Origin: Crocinitomicaceae bacterium
GTDB lineage: Bacteria > Patescibacteriota > Minisyncoccia > Phycocordibacterales > UBA1006
Length of the DNA: 64,000 nucleotides
Reading direction: 5' to 3'
Assembly (NCBI GenBank): GCA_047637555.1
Contig: JBLIKX010000001.1
Location: 8,294-72,293 of the forward strand
A model generated the notes under the pieces. That model searched no databases, was not told where the DNA came from, and worked only from the letters and a program-made list of their open reading frames with translations. Every line of letters starts with the position of its first letter. Positions within the stretch are counted from its first letter, which is position 1. Positions 30,001 to 40,483 of the stretch are shown here, piece by piece. The position numbers and the translations under genes were made by a program.

Positions 30001-30707
30001 GAGAAAAGGAAGGTGTTAAGATTATTGAAGTATTATCTGATACTGAAATTACCGTTGGGGCAAATAAAACAAGAACGATTGAATATGCTCTTGATAAAAG
30101 ACGTACTCCTGTTGTAAAGAAAAATGACCGTGTAGAGGTTGGAGATCTGGTTACAGATGGTTCTGCAAGTATCGATGATTTATTTGATATTGCAGGTACT
30201 TCTCGTGCACAAGAGTATGTAATTTCTGAGGTAGCAAAAGTTTATGAATTAAACTCTGCACCAGTTTCAAAAAAACACATTGAAATTATTGCACGATTGA
30301 TGTTCTCTCGACGTAAAATTACTTCACCAGGAGATACAAAATTCTCAACAGGAGATGTTGTTGAATACATTGAACTTACTCAAGAGAATAACCTTGTAGA
30401 AGCTGAAGGAAAACTAGGAGCAAAAGCGGTAACCGTTGTAAAAGGTATCTCAGAGGTAGCTCTTTCAACTAAATCATGGTTATCATCTGCATCATTCCAA
30501 CATACCACTCGTATTTTGGTATCAGCAGCAGCAGGTGGAGAAATTGATGAATTGAGAGGTCTAAAAGAAAACGTTATTGTTGGAAATCTTATCCCAGCAG
30601 GAACTGGATTCAGAAATGATTTTATCTCGTTTGATAAAATGCCAGGACGAGTTCGAGCAGGAGAAATTAAATCTCTTGAGGCTGAACTTGGAGATAATAT
30701 TTCATAA
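27012..30707 (+). CDS. rpoC: DNA-directed RNA polymerase subunit beta'
   Basis: 1231 aa. Zn-ribbon '[20 protein letters not shown]', catalytic '[12 protein letters not shown]', trigger-loop and bridge-helix regions. Confidence 0.95.
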   Translation: MNTTDTMKKIQQEKQVSIRLASPEKIRSWSHGEVAKPETINYRTGRSERNGLFDERIFGPEKDYECYCGKYKGIRYRDIVCEKCGVEVTRAIVRRSRMGHIGLASPVAHIWFLRGIPSRMGLVLNIPVSKLEKVIYFASYIITDVHQDVKENVLKELQREYKAKQKTLESDEDKEKLKGLFDKTKKQIQDIVLYSVISEDEYNIYSLKFGSIFEAGIGAEAIFYIFKTLDLDVIEVELGAAVNATKSVAVRTKIEKRLSLLRSLNRENIRPEWMFLEVIPVIPPALRPMVALEGGRYATSDVNDLYRRVINRNNRLKKLMKIGAPDVILRNEKRILQEACDSLIDNTIRKHSGTVAKSSSQKRNLKSLSDQLKGKQGLFRQNLLGKRVDYSGRSVIVVGPKLGIDQCGIPKNMALELFRPFVISKIIDREMAFNVRGAGKLLESPTDEIWDILENIIDGKYVLLNRAPTLHRLSIRAFKPILIEGKAIQLHPLSVNGFNADFDGDQMAVHVPLSEEAQYEAKELMAASKNLLRPASGEPTVAPSQDMVLGVYWMTKAIEGALGEGKIFSSPNEAITCYDFDKVDFRAKIYVLPTDSSRYDEFEGKPFETTVGRLLFNSIMPSDFGYLNQDIKKKDISKIIARLIEKYGIAATAPVVDKIKDFGFKYVTFSGSTFGYSDAIIPKEKHAIIDTGRKAALEIQGQYDEGLISEPERYRKTIELWEGVKVEVEKVIGENLHKSESIYDMVTSGARGSTSNMLQMGGMKGVIVNASGRAIDFPILSSYKEGLTPIEYFITTHGSRKGLTDTALKTASAGYLTRRLHDVAQDVVVTEEDCKTKKHIIATDINYDGIIKPLLENILGRVTSSKIVDAKGETVLKKNHLITRNDAETVVAAGITEVAVRTPIKCDSLHGVCQKCYGLDLGRNALVKVGEAVGTIASQSIGEPGTQLTLRTFHAGGVTGLDITTGLPRIEELFEKRSNIKSPALISKTGGLVVDVREKEGVKIIEVLSDTEITVGANKTRTIEYALDKRRTPVVKKNDRVEVGDLVTDGSASIDDLFDIAGTSRAQEYVISEVAKVYELNSAPVSKKHIEIIARLMFSRRKITSPGDTKFSTGDVVEYIELTQENNLVEAEGKLGAKAVTVVKGISEVALSTKSWLSSASFQHTTRILVSAAAGGEIDELRGLKENVIVGNLIPAGTGFRNDFISFDKMPGRVRAGEIKSLEAELGDNIS

Positions 30708-30720
30708 TTAAATCATTACC

Positions 30721-32463
30721 ATGAAAAACACCGACATCATTAAAGATAAATTGAATATCGTAGATGTGGTGGGATCATATGTAAAGCTTGAAAAGGCAGG
30801 AAAGACATACAAAGGAAAATCACCCTTTACTAATGAAAAAACCCCATCATTCTTTGTTTCACCAGAGAAGGGTTTTTTCTATTGTTTTTCAAGTGGTAAG
30901 GGTGGTGATATTTTTACTTTTGTCCAAGAAATTGAGCGCATCGAATTCCATGATGCACTTAAGTTACTTGCCGAAAAAGCAGGTATAAAGTTAGAATCAA
31001 ACGCTATTTCATTAGAAAAACATAATGAAACAACTATCCGATTCAAGGTTTTGGATGATATTACAAAATGGTATGAAATTAACTTGAGGAAAAACACTGA
31101 AGTAGTCGAGCATCTTTTAAAAAGAGGTCTTACCAAGGAAACAATCATTAAGTTTCGGCTTGGTTTTTCATTAGATGCATGGCGTGAATGTTATGAATAT
31201 CTTCATTCCCGAAAATATCGAGACCAAGACATCGAATCTGTCGGATTGATTATTAAAAAAGAAGGAAGTGGGTATTATGATCGATTTAGATCACGAATTA
31301 TGTTTCCTCTTATGGATGGGCGTGGACGAGTTGTTGGTTTTTCCGGACGTATATTTACTGATGATCCAGATACTCAGGGTGCCAAATACATCAATAGCCC
31401 AGAAGGTCCCTTGTTTGATAAATCAGAGGTTCTCTACGGCTATCACACAGCTAAGACATCAATGAGTAAGGAAGATGCATGTATTCTCGTAGAAGGACAG
31501 TTTGATGTAGTTATGGCTCAGCAGGCTGGATATATTCACACGGTAGCCATATCAGGAACAGGACTAACTGATCATCATATAAATATGATCAAACGTTTTA
31601 CTGATAACATCTTCCTGGCGCTTGATAGTGATAAGGCCGGAGTCAAAGCTACACGTCGAAGTGTTCTTGCCGCTTATCGGCACGGCATGCAGGTAAAAAT
31701 TATTATGATGCTTGATGGCATGGATCCAGCTGATACTATTGTTCATAGTAAAGAACAGTGGGATCTCTGTGTTCATGACTCAAAAGATTATATAGATTAT
31801 CGACTGGAATTATTCAATCGAGTAGATCACACCTTCGAAGAAAAAAAGAAACTTGTAGATACTGACCTTTTTACCTTTGTATATCTGATGAAAAGCTCAA
31901 TGGTCCAAGATAGGGTGTTGCAAAAATTAGCATTATTTTTAGGAGTAAGCATAGAGGCTGTACGAAATGATTTCACAAGTTTTAAACCTGATCAAGATGA
32001 TATTATTAAATCTGATAATCATTTTGTTTATACAAAGAATGTATCTCCGATATCTGAACGAGATATCAAAAGGGAAGTAGCGCTTATCACTCATTTTACA
32101 AAAGACCAAGACTACGAAATTGAACTTGAGATTCAGGCTCAAATTGAAGCTTTGTATAGCGAACTCTACGATGAAGAATTAAAGACTACCATCGCAGAGT
32201 TACCCGAAACTGAAAAAAACATGCAGTTGTTTATCTTACAAGATAAATACAAAGATACATCAGAAAAATCATTTGGATCTATGTTATTAACTATGTTGGC
32301 AGAAGAGAAAATACGTAGACTGGATAATCGCTCGGCACAGTTGCTTGAAGAAACTCGCCAGACAGAATCAAAAGCAGACGGAGAAAAACTGGCTGAATTA
32401 ACGGTTGAGCTTCAAAAAATACTTTTATTAAAAAAAGATTTAAAAAATCTTATTCAAAAATAA
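30721..32463 (+). CDS. dnaG: DNA primase
   Basis: N-terminal ZBD-like region, RNAP domain, Toprim 'EGQFDVVMAQQAG' ... 'LALDSDKAG'. The Zn-ligand positions are largely substituted (see findings). Confidence 0.85.
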   Translation: MKNTDIIKDKLNIVDVVGSYVKLEKAGKTYKGKSPFTNEKTPSFFVSPEKGFFYCFSSGKGGDIFTFVQEIERIEFHDALKLLAEKAGIKLESNAISLEKHNETTIRFKVLDDITKWYEINLRKNTEVVEHLLKRGLTKETIIKFRLGFSLDAWRECYEYLHSRKYRDQDIESVGLIIKKEGSGYYDRFRSRIMFPLMDGRGRVVGFSGRIFTDDPDTQGAKYINSPEGPLFDKSEVLYGYHTAKTSMSKEDACILVEGQFDVVMAQQAGYIHTVAISGTGLTDHHINMIKRFTDNIFLALDSDKAGVKATRRSVLAAYRHGMQVKIIMMLDGMDPADTIVHSKEQWDLCVHDSKDYIDYRLELFNRVDHTFEEKKKLVDTDLFTFVYLMKSSMVQDRVLQKLALFLGVSIEAVRNDFTSFKPDQDDIIKSDNHFVYTKNVSPISERDIKREVALITHFTKDQDYEIELEIQAQIEALYSELYDEELKTTIAELPETEKNMQLFILQDKYKDTSEKSFGSMLLTMLAEEKIRRLDNRSAQLLEETRQTESKADGEKLAELTVELQKILLLKKDLKNLIQK

Positions 32464-32598
32464 TTAAACACAGAAATAGTCGCAAGTTGTATCTACTGTT
32501 GTTCATTTATTCCTATAATTTTGTTTTATTTTTCTTGATGTTTCGAAAGAAATTTATAGAGCAAGTTATTTATTTACTAATCAAATTTAAAAACCATC

Positions 32599-33768
32599 AT
32601 GGCACCAAAAAAAATTACAAAAAAAATTACAAAAAAAAAGGTGGATCCTGTGCAAACTCATATTCAAGAGCAACGAGAAATTGAAGCTCGAGATAAAAAA
32701 GCAAAGGCCTTGGTTGAAAAAGGTAAAAAACGTCGTTTTTTAACTTATGCAGAAATCTTAAAGCAATTTCCAGATATTGAAGAGGATGTTATGTTTCTTG
32801 ATGAATTGTATGGGATGCTTGGTGATGCCGAGGTTGAAATTGTTGAAGGTGGAACCAGTTCTGGTGGTGGAGGAATGTTGGACATGACTGACGAGGAATT
32901 ACTGGAAAAAGATTTTGCGACTAAAAAACAACCAGAAACCAAAGATTCTATTCAAATGTATCTTCGTGAAATTGGTAAATATCCACTTATTAAGGCTGCA
33001 GAAGAAGTGTCTCTAGCAAAACGAATCGAATCTGGTGACGATGAAGCAAAAAACCTTCTTGCAAAGGCAAACCTACGTTTGGTAGTCTCGTTAGCTAAAA
33101 AATATGTTGGACGATCTCCAGATCTAACCCTGCTTGATTTAATTCAAGAAGGAAACATCGGATTATTTAAAGCTGTTGAAAAATTTGATTGGACTCGAGG
33201 ATACAAATTCTCAACATATGCAACATGGTGGATTCGTCAATCAATCACGCGGGCACTTGCTGATCAATCTCGAACGATTCGTATACCAGTTCATATGGTT
33301 GAAACAATTTCTAAATACAAACAGGTCTTCAAGCGAATGAGTCAGGGACTAGGTCGTGAGCCATTGCCCGAAGAAATTGCTTTAGAGATGGGTCTTGATG
33401 TTGAAAAGATTCATATGATTGGAAAGATTAACCAAACGACAATGTCACTCGAAGAACCTATTGGTTCAGATGGAGAAGAGAAATCTACGAGAGGTGAATT
33501 TATTGCAGACGAATCAATTCCCTCTCCTGATCGAGATTCTTCAAAAACTATTTTGAAAGATCAACTCCAAGAAATTTTAGATGAGTTAACTGAAAAAGAA
33601 CGAACGATTATTGAATTACGATATGGTCTTGTTGATGGTATCTCTCATACTCTGGAAGAGGTTGGTCGTAAGTTTGATGTTACGCGTGAACGTATACGTC
33701 AGATTGAGGCAAAAGTTCATGAAAAGATTAGGGTTAATGATAAGATTAAGAAGCTTCAAGATTACTAA
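32599..33768 (+). CDS. rpoD: RNA polymerase primary sigma factor (sigma-70)
   Basis: Regions 1.2 to 4 are present: '[16 protein letters not shown]', '[40 protein letters not shown]', '[23 protein letters not shown]'. Lys-rich N-terminus. Confidence 0.9.
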   Translation: MAPKKITKKITKKKVDPVQTHIQEQREIEARDKKAKALVEKGKKRRFLTYAEILKQFPDIEEDVMFLDELYGMLGDAEVEIVEGGTSSGGGGMLDMTDEELLEKDFATKKQPETKDSIQMYLREIGKYPLIKAAEEVSLAKRIESGDDEAKNLLAKANLRLVVSLAKKYVGRSPDLTLLDLIQEGNIGLFKAVEKFDWTRGYKFSTYATWWIRQSITRALADQSRTIRIPVHMVETISKYKQVFKRMSQGLGREPLPEEIALEMGLDVEKIHMIGKINQTTMSLEEPIGSDGEEKSTRGEFIADESIPSPDRDSSKTILKDQLQEILDELTEKERTIIELRYGLVDGISHTLEEVGRKFDVTRERIRQIEAKVHEKIRVNDKIKKLQDY

Positions 33769-33772
33769 ATTT

Positions 33773-33803
33773 AAAAACGAGTAAATTCATCTCGTTTTTT
33801 TAT
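33773..33803 (+). terminator. rho-independent terminator after rpoD
   Basis: AAACGAG-loop-CTCGTTT hairpin followed by a T7 run. Confidence 0.6.
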
Positions 33804-34017
33804 TTTGTAAAATTAGTTTATTATATCAATCCTCCTTTTAGGAAACAGAAAACATACCCAATACTCTTTATTTTTTTCTAACTTTTTTGAGAGAGATATC
33901 CAGAATCTAATGATTTCTTTAAATTTATAATTTCCTTATATATACCCAGCTCTGTACTCTTAGCTATCTATAAATCTTGGGTGGAAAAAAAAATACAAAA
34001 AATTCAACATGATTTCA

Positions 34018-34040
34018 TGTAGTTGTAGTTGTAGTTGTAG
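34018..34040. repeat. hexanucleotide microsatellite (TGTAGT/GTAGTT) x about 4
   Basis: 'tgtagttgtagttgtagttgtag' in the rpoD-downstream spacer. Confidence 0.8.
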
Positions 34041-34259
34041 ATTTTGATTTTGATCCTATTAATTCATATGCTTGGTTTATTATAAAATTAACTATGAACA
34101 CGATGTATAAACCTCCAGAGAGGGAAAATCAAATGTCATACATTCCCCTATATAAATAAAGGAAAGAAAAATAGTATATAAAGATTTTTCTTTACTATAA
34201 TAAAACAATAATGGCTCCTATATTTTTTATTATAAAATAATGACCTGAGTCTCGTCTTA

Positions 34260-34709
34260 ATGTATAATAGTGCGTATATGTATTGGAGTGAACTAAAGAA
34301 AAAAACATGGATTGATTGGATTAAAATTATTGTAGCAGTTGATATTGCGGGTGTTGGTATAGGGCTTGTGCTTGGATTTGATATGCATGTGTTTGCTCAC
34401 TTTTTTGGATTTTTATCGCGAATTATATTTGGTATTTTATATGTGTTTGTAGCAGTCCTTATTTTTAAAAGAATCTTCCCGCAAGATCTTGCAAGAGAAG
34501 AACACGTTGAAGCGGAAAAAATGAATGAAGAAATTATTGAAACAACAAATGCTGTTAAAAAAAGTCTAAAAAAAATAGCAAAAAAAATAGCTAAATTCAC
34601 TGATCAAGCACATGCTAAAATTGATAGTGCTTTGGACAAGGTTGAAGATTTTTTTGGCAGACGCAAAAAAGAAGCAGGTGAAGAGATTAAAAAAATGATG
34701 AAGGACTAA
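34260..34709 (+). CDS. membrane protein with charged C-terminal coiled segment
   Basis: Two hydrophobic helices followed by a Lys/Glu-rich tail. Confidence 0.4.
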   Translation: MYNSAYMYWSELKKKTWIDWIKIIVAVDIAGVGIGLVLGFDMHVFAHFFGFLSRIIFGILYVFVAVLIFKRIFPQDLAREEHVEAEKMNEEIIETTNAVKKSLKKIAKKIAKFTDQAHAKIDSALDKVEDFFGRRKKEAGEEIKKMMKD

Positions 34710-34762
34710 CGTCGTTTTTTTTATTTGAATAAAAAATTAGCTCAGGTAGGATAGTAATAGTT

Positions 34763-36007
34763 ATGGATATAATATACTACCTATTTCTCTTTGTGGCTTT
34801 GTATTTCCAAATTTTCTTTCTTATGAGTTACTTAGAAAATTTTGATTTTTTTAACCTCAAGAAAAAAAATAATTACCCTGCTCTACCTCAAGATGGTTTA
34901 CCCTTGGTGAGTATTGTCGTGGCGTGTTGGAACGAAGACACAACAATTGATTCAACCGTGAAATCAATATTTAATTCTGAATATCCACGAGATAGAATTC
35001 AATTACTATTAGTAAATGATGGTTCAGATGACGCTACCTGGGAGGTCATGCAACAGTATAAAAATGACCCAAAAATTACTCTTATAAATAAAAAAAACGG
35101 TGGAAAATTTACCGCTATTAATTTCGCGCTTGAGCACGTAAAAGGTGACTTAATTGCAACTGTTGATGCTGACACTTTTTTACAACCGACAGCATTGCCT
35201 TTTATGGTTGAACGATTTCTTGGTGATTCTAAATTAGATGCACTAGGAGCAACTATTGTTTTACACAAACCTCATAGTCTTACGCAAATTGCTCAAAGTA
35301 TTGAATATCAGTTATTTGCGTTTACAAAGCTTATTTTGGCTAAAATGCATGGAGCCTTGGTTGTTCCTGGAGCCTTTTCTATGTATCGACCTCGCGTTTT
35401 TAATGAAATTGGTTTATTTAAAGAGGCGCATAAACTAGAAGACCTCGAGTTAACATTTCGTATGCATGAATCCAGAATGAAGGTTGGACAGTCTCGTGAC
35501 GCTATTGCGTATACGAACGCACCAGAGACCGTAGGAGCACTTTTCAGACAACGCATCCGGTGGGGATATGGTTTTATAAAAAACTCTTATGATTACCGCC
35601 ATTTGATTTATAATAAAGACCAAGGTCATTTTGGATTCTTTACCTTACCTATGAGTATTTTTAGTTATCTTTCTATTATTATTTTTTTTATATTATCTTG
35701 GTTTGTTGTTGTTCGAGCTATTATTCAATCTGTGATTCAAGCAAGTCTTGTTGGCTGGTCTACCTTGTTTCAATGGAATGGCTTTGAATTGAACACTCTC
35801 AGTGCTCAAGCGAGTGTATTTATTACGTTAATCTTATACGTTGTTGTTATATTTATGATTTTTTCTGGAAAAAATCTGGTTAATGATCGGTCAAAAAATC
35901 CATTTCCTATTTTAATATTTTTTGTGCTTTATGGTATTATTGTTCCGTTTTGGGTTATCAAATCAATTTATAATAGTGTTTTTGACAAGAAAGTGATTTG
36001 GCGATAG
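34763..36007 (+). CDS. membrane-integrated processive family-2 glycosyltransferase (PgaC/IcaA/cellulose-synthase-like)
   Basis: 'SIVVACWNE' ... 'VNDGSDDAT' (DxD), 'VDADT', 'QRIRWGYG' (QxxRW), flanked by N- and C-terminal TM helices. Confidence 0.7.
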   Translation: MDIIYYLFLFVALYFQIFFLMSYLENFDFFNLKKKNNYPALPQDGLPLVSIVVACWNEDTTIDSTVKSIFNSEYPRDRIQLLLVNDGSDDATWEVMQQYKNDPKITLINKKNGGKFTAINFALEHVKGDLIATVDADTFLQPTALPFMVERFLGDSKLDALGATIVLHKPHSLTQIAQSIEYQLFAFTKLILAKMHGALVVPGAFSMYRPRVFNEIGLFKEAHKLEDLELTFRMHESRMKVGQSRDAIAYTNAPETVGALFRQRIRWGYGFIKNSYDYRHLIYNKDQGHFGFFTLPMSIFSYLSIIIFFILSWFVVVRAIIQSVIQASLVGWSTLFQWNGFELNTLSAQASVFITLILYVVVIFMIFSGKNLVNDRSKNPFPILIFFVLYGIIVPFWVIKSIYNSVFDKKVIWR

Positions 36008-36190
36008 TCTGTTGTTGTTTTAGTAATCTTTCTTATATATCCAGAGCGTTCAAAACTAAATTTACTAAAATAAACGGTCAATAGTTACTATTATTTTTTG
36101 TATATCTTTCATTCTAAAATAATACCTCAGAGTATTTTTCTATCGTAATCTCCTTCTTCTCTTCGTTTATTGAAGTATATGTGATAGATT

Positions 36191-37072
36191 TTGATTATGA
36201 AAAAATATATTATTACCTTTTTAATTACCTCAACTATATTTCTCTCTGCCTTTTTTATTAGCGATAGAGTTAATGTTAGTCGTATTGAACAACTCGATAA
36301 TGTACAAGAAAAAATATCACTAAATATATTAACTACAGAAACACGTTTTGCACTTCTTGAGGAGTCTTCATGTGAAAATATCTTTGAAGGCAGTCAACTA
36401 GAGGTTGGAATAACAAAGGATTTAAATCAATTAGTAACGCGTATTAAATTCCTAGAAAGTGAACTAGGAGGGAATAATCAAGATGTGCAAATTTTAAAAC
36501 AACGTTATACCTTGCTACAAATCAAAGATTTTCTTTTGGTGAGAAAATTAAGTCAAAAATGTGAGTATACCATTCCAACCGTACTTTATTTCTATACGTC
36601 AGATTGCTTTGATTGCCGAAGACAATCGATTATTTTAGATCAAATTAGATCTGAATATAACCAAGTGCGTGTATACTGGATGGATTCTTCTCTTGATGAG
36701 CCTACAACAAATACTCTGGAACGTTTATATAATATTGAAACTTATCCAACGATGGTACTTGGCGATGAGAACTATTCAGGATTTATTTCTTATGATAATT
36801 TTTCAAGGAAATTATTGCTTTGGTCTAAGGATAATAATATTAATCTTCTATCAGAAGAAGATCTTATTCGGATAGGGCGTGGTCGTCAATATATTCTTTC
36901 TTTGGATAGATATTCACAACTACAAAGTAAAAATATTTCATTTGGTAAGGAGATCAATAATATATATGAATATTTCGTGACAACTATGAATGGAGAGGAA
37001 CCAGAATTAGTTCAACTTGAATATACAGATGGGGAATTTCTAGTAAAAATAGTTCCAAATAAAAACACTTAA
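36191..37072 (+). CDS. membrane-anchored extracytoplasmic thioredoxin-like protein with N-terminal coiled-coil region
   Basis: N-terminal TM. 'VLYFYTSDCFDCRRQ' (beta-strand plus CxxC) and 'ETYPTMVLGD' (cis-Pro loop) define a thioredoxin fold. Confidence 0.5.
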   Translation: MIMKKYIITFLITSTIFLSAFFISDRVNVSRIEQLDNVQEKISLNILTTETRFALLEESSCENIFEGSQLEVGITKDLNQLVTRIKFLESELGGNNQDVQILKQRYTLLQIKDFLLVRKLSQKCEYTIPTVLYFYTSDCFDCRRQSIILDQIRSEYNQVRVYWMDSSLDEPTTNTLERLYNIETYPTMVLGDENYSGFISYDNFSRKLLLWSKDNNINLLSEEDLIRIGRGRQYILSLDRYSQLQSKNISFGKEINNIYEYFVTTMNGEEPELVQLEYTDGEFLVKIVPNKNT

Positions 37073-37087
37073 TCAGTGTTTTTTTAT
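37062..37087. terminator. rho-independent terminator (bidirectional; abuts the tRNA-Thr 3' end)
   Basis: AACACT-TAATC-AGTGTT hairpin plus a T-run. Confidence 0.55.
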
Positions 37088-37093
37088 TTTATG

Positions 37094-37166
37094 AGCCACC
37101 TATCAGATTCGAACTGATGACCTATTGTTTACAAAACAATTGCTCTACCAACTGAGCTAAGGTGGC
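37094..37166 (-). tRNA. tRNA-Thr (anticodon UGU)
   Basis: The reverse complement folds as a canonical 73-nt cloverleaf. Acceptor GCCACCT/AGGTGGC has 7 Watson-Crick pairs. D-arm is GCTC-AGTTGGTA-GAGC. Anticodon stem is ATTGT/ACAAT with loop TTTGTAA. T-arm is ATCAG-TTCGAAT-CTGAT. Discriminator is T. No encoded CCA. Confidence 0.85.
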
Positions 37167-37188
37167 ATATAAACCTAATTAATTAAGT

Positions 37189-37533
37189 TTATAATGTTGG
37201 CTTTTCTTTTATTTTAGTAATAAAAGAAGAGGGTTTTTCTTTGTAAGTATCAGAATGAAGTTTCATTCTGATAAAATATTTTAATTTATTAACAGGTAAC
37301 TGACTATAATCAAGAGCTTTTTTAAGGCTTATATGAGTAAGTGCAGAGACATATTTTTTTAAATTAATTGATTTTGTTTGAGCATTAGAAAGTCGTTTCT
37401 CAAATCGAACACTATCGATATTACACGATCTCTTAATAATCTGCAATAGATTACTCTTTGTCTTTTTGTGTTCCAGAAAAAGAAGTACTCCAGTTCCCGA
37501 AACAGCAATCCCTAAGAGATATACAAATATCAT
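37189..37533 (-). CDS. hypothetical protein with N-terminal TM
   Basis: ORF only. Confidence 0.35.
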   Translation of the reverse strand: MIFVYLLGIAVSGTGVLLFLEHKKTKSNLLQIIKRSCNIDSVRFEKRLSNAQTKSINLKKYVSALTHISLKKALDYSQLPVNKLKYFIRMKLHSDTYKEKPSSFITKIKEKPTL

Positions 37534-37541
37534 GCGATTGA

Positions 37542-37994
37542 TTATACCGCAAATCGAGAGAATTCTGAAACTTCAATTCGCTCTCCTATCTTTAGAGTTG
37601 CTTCTTCAACAAGCTTAGCAATCGTAATTTCTGGATTTTTTATGAATGGTTGTTCTAAAAGTTCCTCAATATTTTCTGTTCCCATTGCAGCAATATGCAT
37701 ACCAACATTATGAGCAAGAGAAATAAAATCCTCATTCCGTGCTACATAGTCAGTTTCACATCCTAATTTTACAAGAACACCAATAGTGTTATTTGGATGG
37801 ATATACGCGCTTACGATTCCAGCAGCTAATTCTCGGTCAGCTTTTTTGGCTGCATTTTTAGCTGAGATTTCTCGTAATAATTCTTTCGCCTTAGTTATGT
37901 CCCCAGCGGCTTCTGTTAATGCTTCTTTACATTTACCAATAGAAACTCCTGTTTCTTCCCGAAGAGTTTTAATTTGTTCTACAGAAATATCCAT
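37542..37994 (-). CDS. tsf: elongation factor Ts (short form)
   Basis: 'MDISVEQIKTLREETGVSIGKCKEAL' matches the EF-Ts UBA-like N-terminus. Start moved to MDIS to remove the overlap with rpsB; the track ORF extends to 38015. Confidence 0.7.
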   Translation of the reverse strand: MDISVEQIKTLREETGVSIGKCKEALTEAAGDITKAKELLREISAKNAAKKADRELAAGIVSAYIHPNNTIGVLVKLGCETDYVARNEDFISLAHNVGMHIAAMGTENIEELLEQPFIKNPEITIAKLVEEATLKIGERIEVSEFSRFAV

Positions 37995-37995
37995 A

Positions 37996-38673
37996 TTATT
38001 TAAGTCCATCAGCAATCTTTTGTGTAAAGAAGTTGATTGATGAAACGTTAGTATCGTTTGCTACGATTGGGTGAGTAATAACCGATACATCACAGTCTGT
38101 GTTTGCAATAGCAATAACTGGAATATTCATTTGCCGTGCTTCTGTGACAGCGATCTCTTCTTTCTTTGGGTCAATAACAAAAAGTGCAGCAGGCGCTCGC
38201 TTGAGAGCCTTGATTCCTCCGAACTTCTTTTCAAGTCGTTCCATTTCTCGACCCAACATAAGTTTTTCTTTTTTGTTGGCTGCGATTAATTCTCCTTTTT
38301 CTGTTTGATCTTCCAGTTTAACTAATCGATCTACACGTTTTTTAATTTCACTCGCGTTAGTAAGAGTTCCTCCTAACCATCGTTCAGTTACAAAAGGCAT
38401 ATCAATAAGTTCAGCAGCAGCTCTCATAATTTGTCGCGCTTCCGCCTTTGTTCCAACAAATAATACTTGTTTATCTGCTTTCTTTAATTCCAATAAGAAC
38501 TCTAGTGCAGAAGCCAATTGAACTGATGTTTTTTCTAGATCAATGATATCTTTCTTTTGACGTGAGTCAAAAATGAACTCACGTGCTGATGGGTGACGTC
38601 GAGATTTTGAGTATCCAACATGTGCTCCAGCTTCGAACATTTCGTTCACAAGAGCTTCGTTTACTTTTGCCAT
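37996..38673 (-). CDS. rpsB: 30S ribosomal protein S2
   Basis: 'MFEAGAHVGYSKSRRHP', 'VLFVGTKAEA', 'ERWLGGTLTN' S2 signatures. Classic rpsB-tsf order. Confidence 0.9.
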   Translation of the reverse strand: MAKVNEALVNEMFEAGAHVGYSKSRRHPSAREFIFDSRQKKDIIDLEKTSVQLASALEFLLELKKADKQVLFVGTKAEARQIMRAAAELIDMPFVTERWLGGTLTNASEIKKRVDRLVKLEDQTEKGELIAANKKEKLMLGREMERLEKKFGGIKALKRAPAALFVIDPKKEEIAVTEARQMNIPVIAIANTDCDVSVITHPIVANDTNVSSINFFTQKIADGLK

Positions 38674-39221
38674 AATTTAAATTTTTTAGAAAATCTTGCA
38701 CAATAGTTTTTAATAATAATTTCTATCGTTTGTTCTCACGTTCGACGGTGAGGGGAGAAGACTAACTACAACATCTGACAGATCATTCCCACAAGTTTTT
38801 ACCCAACCTATATTACTTATTATTGTTATTTTTACAAGATAAAAGTTATTATAAATAGCTGCTCTTTCTATTTTAAATATTCTCCCTTAATATTATCTAC
38901 TTCTAAGATATATAGGCACTCCAGAGTCTATAGCATTTGAGTAAGCCCTCTTTTCCATGTAAAACTGAGAAGAAAGTTGAGTACTATTTTTTTCACAATA
39001 CCAAGAATAGTATGGATATATTCTATTTTAGTATCAAGAATTGAAACATTTTCATATTACGCTTTTTTCTTTTCATACTTTTCATTCACTAGATTGTCTT
39101 TTTTTTATATTTCTCATTTTTTGCAACCCCTTAACTATATTAAATCATAAAATACATAATTTTATATTTTTTAATGTGAAGATATTGAAATATCTTATAG
39201 TTCGCGTATTATGGAATCTAT

Positions 39222-40475
39222 ATGAAACAGTCACAGTTATTCACAAAAACGCGGAAAGAAGCACCATCAGATGAAGTATCAAAAAACGCACAACTTTTAA
39301 TTAGAGCAGGTTACATTAATAAAGAATTAGCTGGAGTGTATGACCTGTTACCTCTCGGAATGAAGGTAGTTGAAAACATCAAAGAAATCATACGGCAAGA
39401 AATGAACGCAATAAACGGGCAAGAATTCATTATGTCTTCTCTTCAATCAAAAGAGGTTTGGGCAGCAACAAACCGATGGGATGAAGATATTGTAGATGTA
39501 TGGTTTAAATCGGACTTGCATGCAGGAGGTCAGGTCGGATTTGGTTGGTCTCACGAAGAACCAATTGTGAATATGATGAAAAATCACGTGTCATCATACA
39601 AAGACCTTCCAATTTATGTATACCAGTTCCAAAATAAATTCCGGAATGAATTACGTGCCAAATCAGGAATGATGCGTGGAAGAGAGTTTATTATGAAAGA
39701 TATGTATTCGTTCTCAGTTGACGAAGCTCAACATGAGGATTTTTATCAAAAAACTATTGATGCTTACAAACGTTGTTACGACCGATTAGGTCTTGGTAAC
39801 GATACTTTTGTAACTTTTGCAGCAGGAGGTGCTTTTACTGAATTTAGTCATGAATTCCAAACTATTTGTGAGACAGGTGAAGATGAGATTTATATAAATA
39901 GAGAAAAAGGTATTGCTATTAATCATGAAGTTTACAGCGATGCTACTCTAAAAAAACTAGGTGTATCTGCGGATGATCTTGAGAAAGTAAAAACTGCAGA
40001 AACAGGTAATATTTTTAATTTTGGAACTCAAAAATGTGAAGAAATGGACTTGTATATAAATAATGATCAAGGTAAACGAATTCCAATTCATCTCGGTTCG
40101 TATGGTATTGGTGTTACTCGTGTTATGGGAGTTATCGTTGAGAATATGTCTGATGAGAATGGTATTATTTGGCCAGAAGAAATTGCTCCGTTTACCATTC
40201 ACCTTGTAACTTTTGGTAAAAACGAAAATATTATCAGGGAAGCTGAGAATTTATATCATGATCTCAAAAAAGCTGGTATTGAAGTACTATTTGATGATCG
40301 AGATGCTGGACCAGGACAGAAACTGAATGATGCAGATCTTATGGGGATGCCATATCGTATTGTATACTCAGAAAAATCTTTTGAAAAAGGTGGCGTAGAA
40401 ATTACTAAACGTGAATCAGGTGATACTGAATATATTGATCCCGCACGAGTAATTGCTTATTTCACTGAAGGTTAA
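39222..40475 (+). CDS. proS: prolyl-tRNA synthetase (compact, no INS editing domain)
   Basis: 'SQLFTKTRKEAPSDE...SHQLLIRAGYI', class II motif 2 'FRNELRAKSGMMRGREFIMKDMYSF', C-terminal anticodon-binding domain. Confidence 0.8.
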   Translation: MKQSQLFTKTRKEAPSDEVSKNAQLLIRAGYINKELAGVYDLLPLGMKVVENIKEIIRQEMNAINGQEFIMSSLQSKEVWAATNRWDEDIVDVWFKSDLHAGGQVGFGWSHEEPIVNMMKNHVSSYKDLPIYVYQFQNKFRNELRAKSGMMRGREFIMKDMYSFSVDEAQHEDFYQKTIDAYKRCYDRLGLGNDTFVTFAAGGAFTEFSHEFQTICETGEDEIYINREKGIAINHEVYSDATLKKLGVSADDLEKVKTAETGNIFNFGTQKCEEMDLYINNDQGKRIPIHLGSYGIGVTRVMGVIVENMSDENGIIWPEEIAPFTIHLVTFGKNENIIREAENLYHDLKKAGIEVLFDDRDAGPGQKLNDADLMGMPYRIVYSEKSFEKGGVEITKRESGDTEYIDPARVIAYFTEG

Positions 40476-40483
40476 AAAATACT

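Noticed and set aside
38700-39040. 'GTTCGACGGTGAGGGG' in the rpsB leader looked like the tmRNA 5' end (GGAUUCGACGGGG).
   Set aside because: No matching 3' tRNA-like end (GGTTCGAnTCC...CTCCACCA) on either strand nearby. It is more likely a simple leader hairpin (CTCAC-GTTCGACG-GTGAG).
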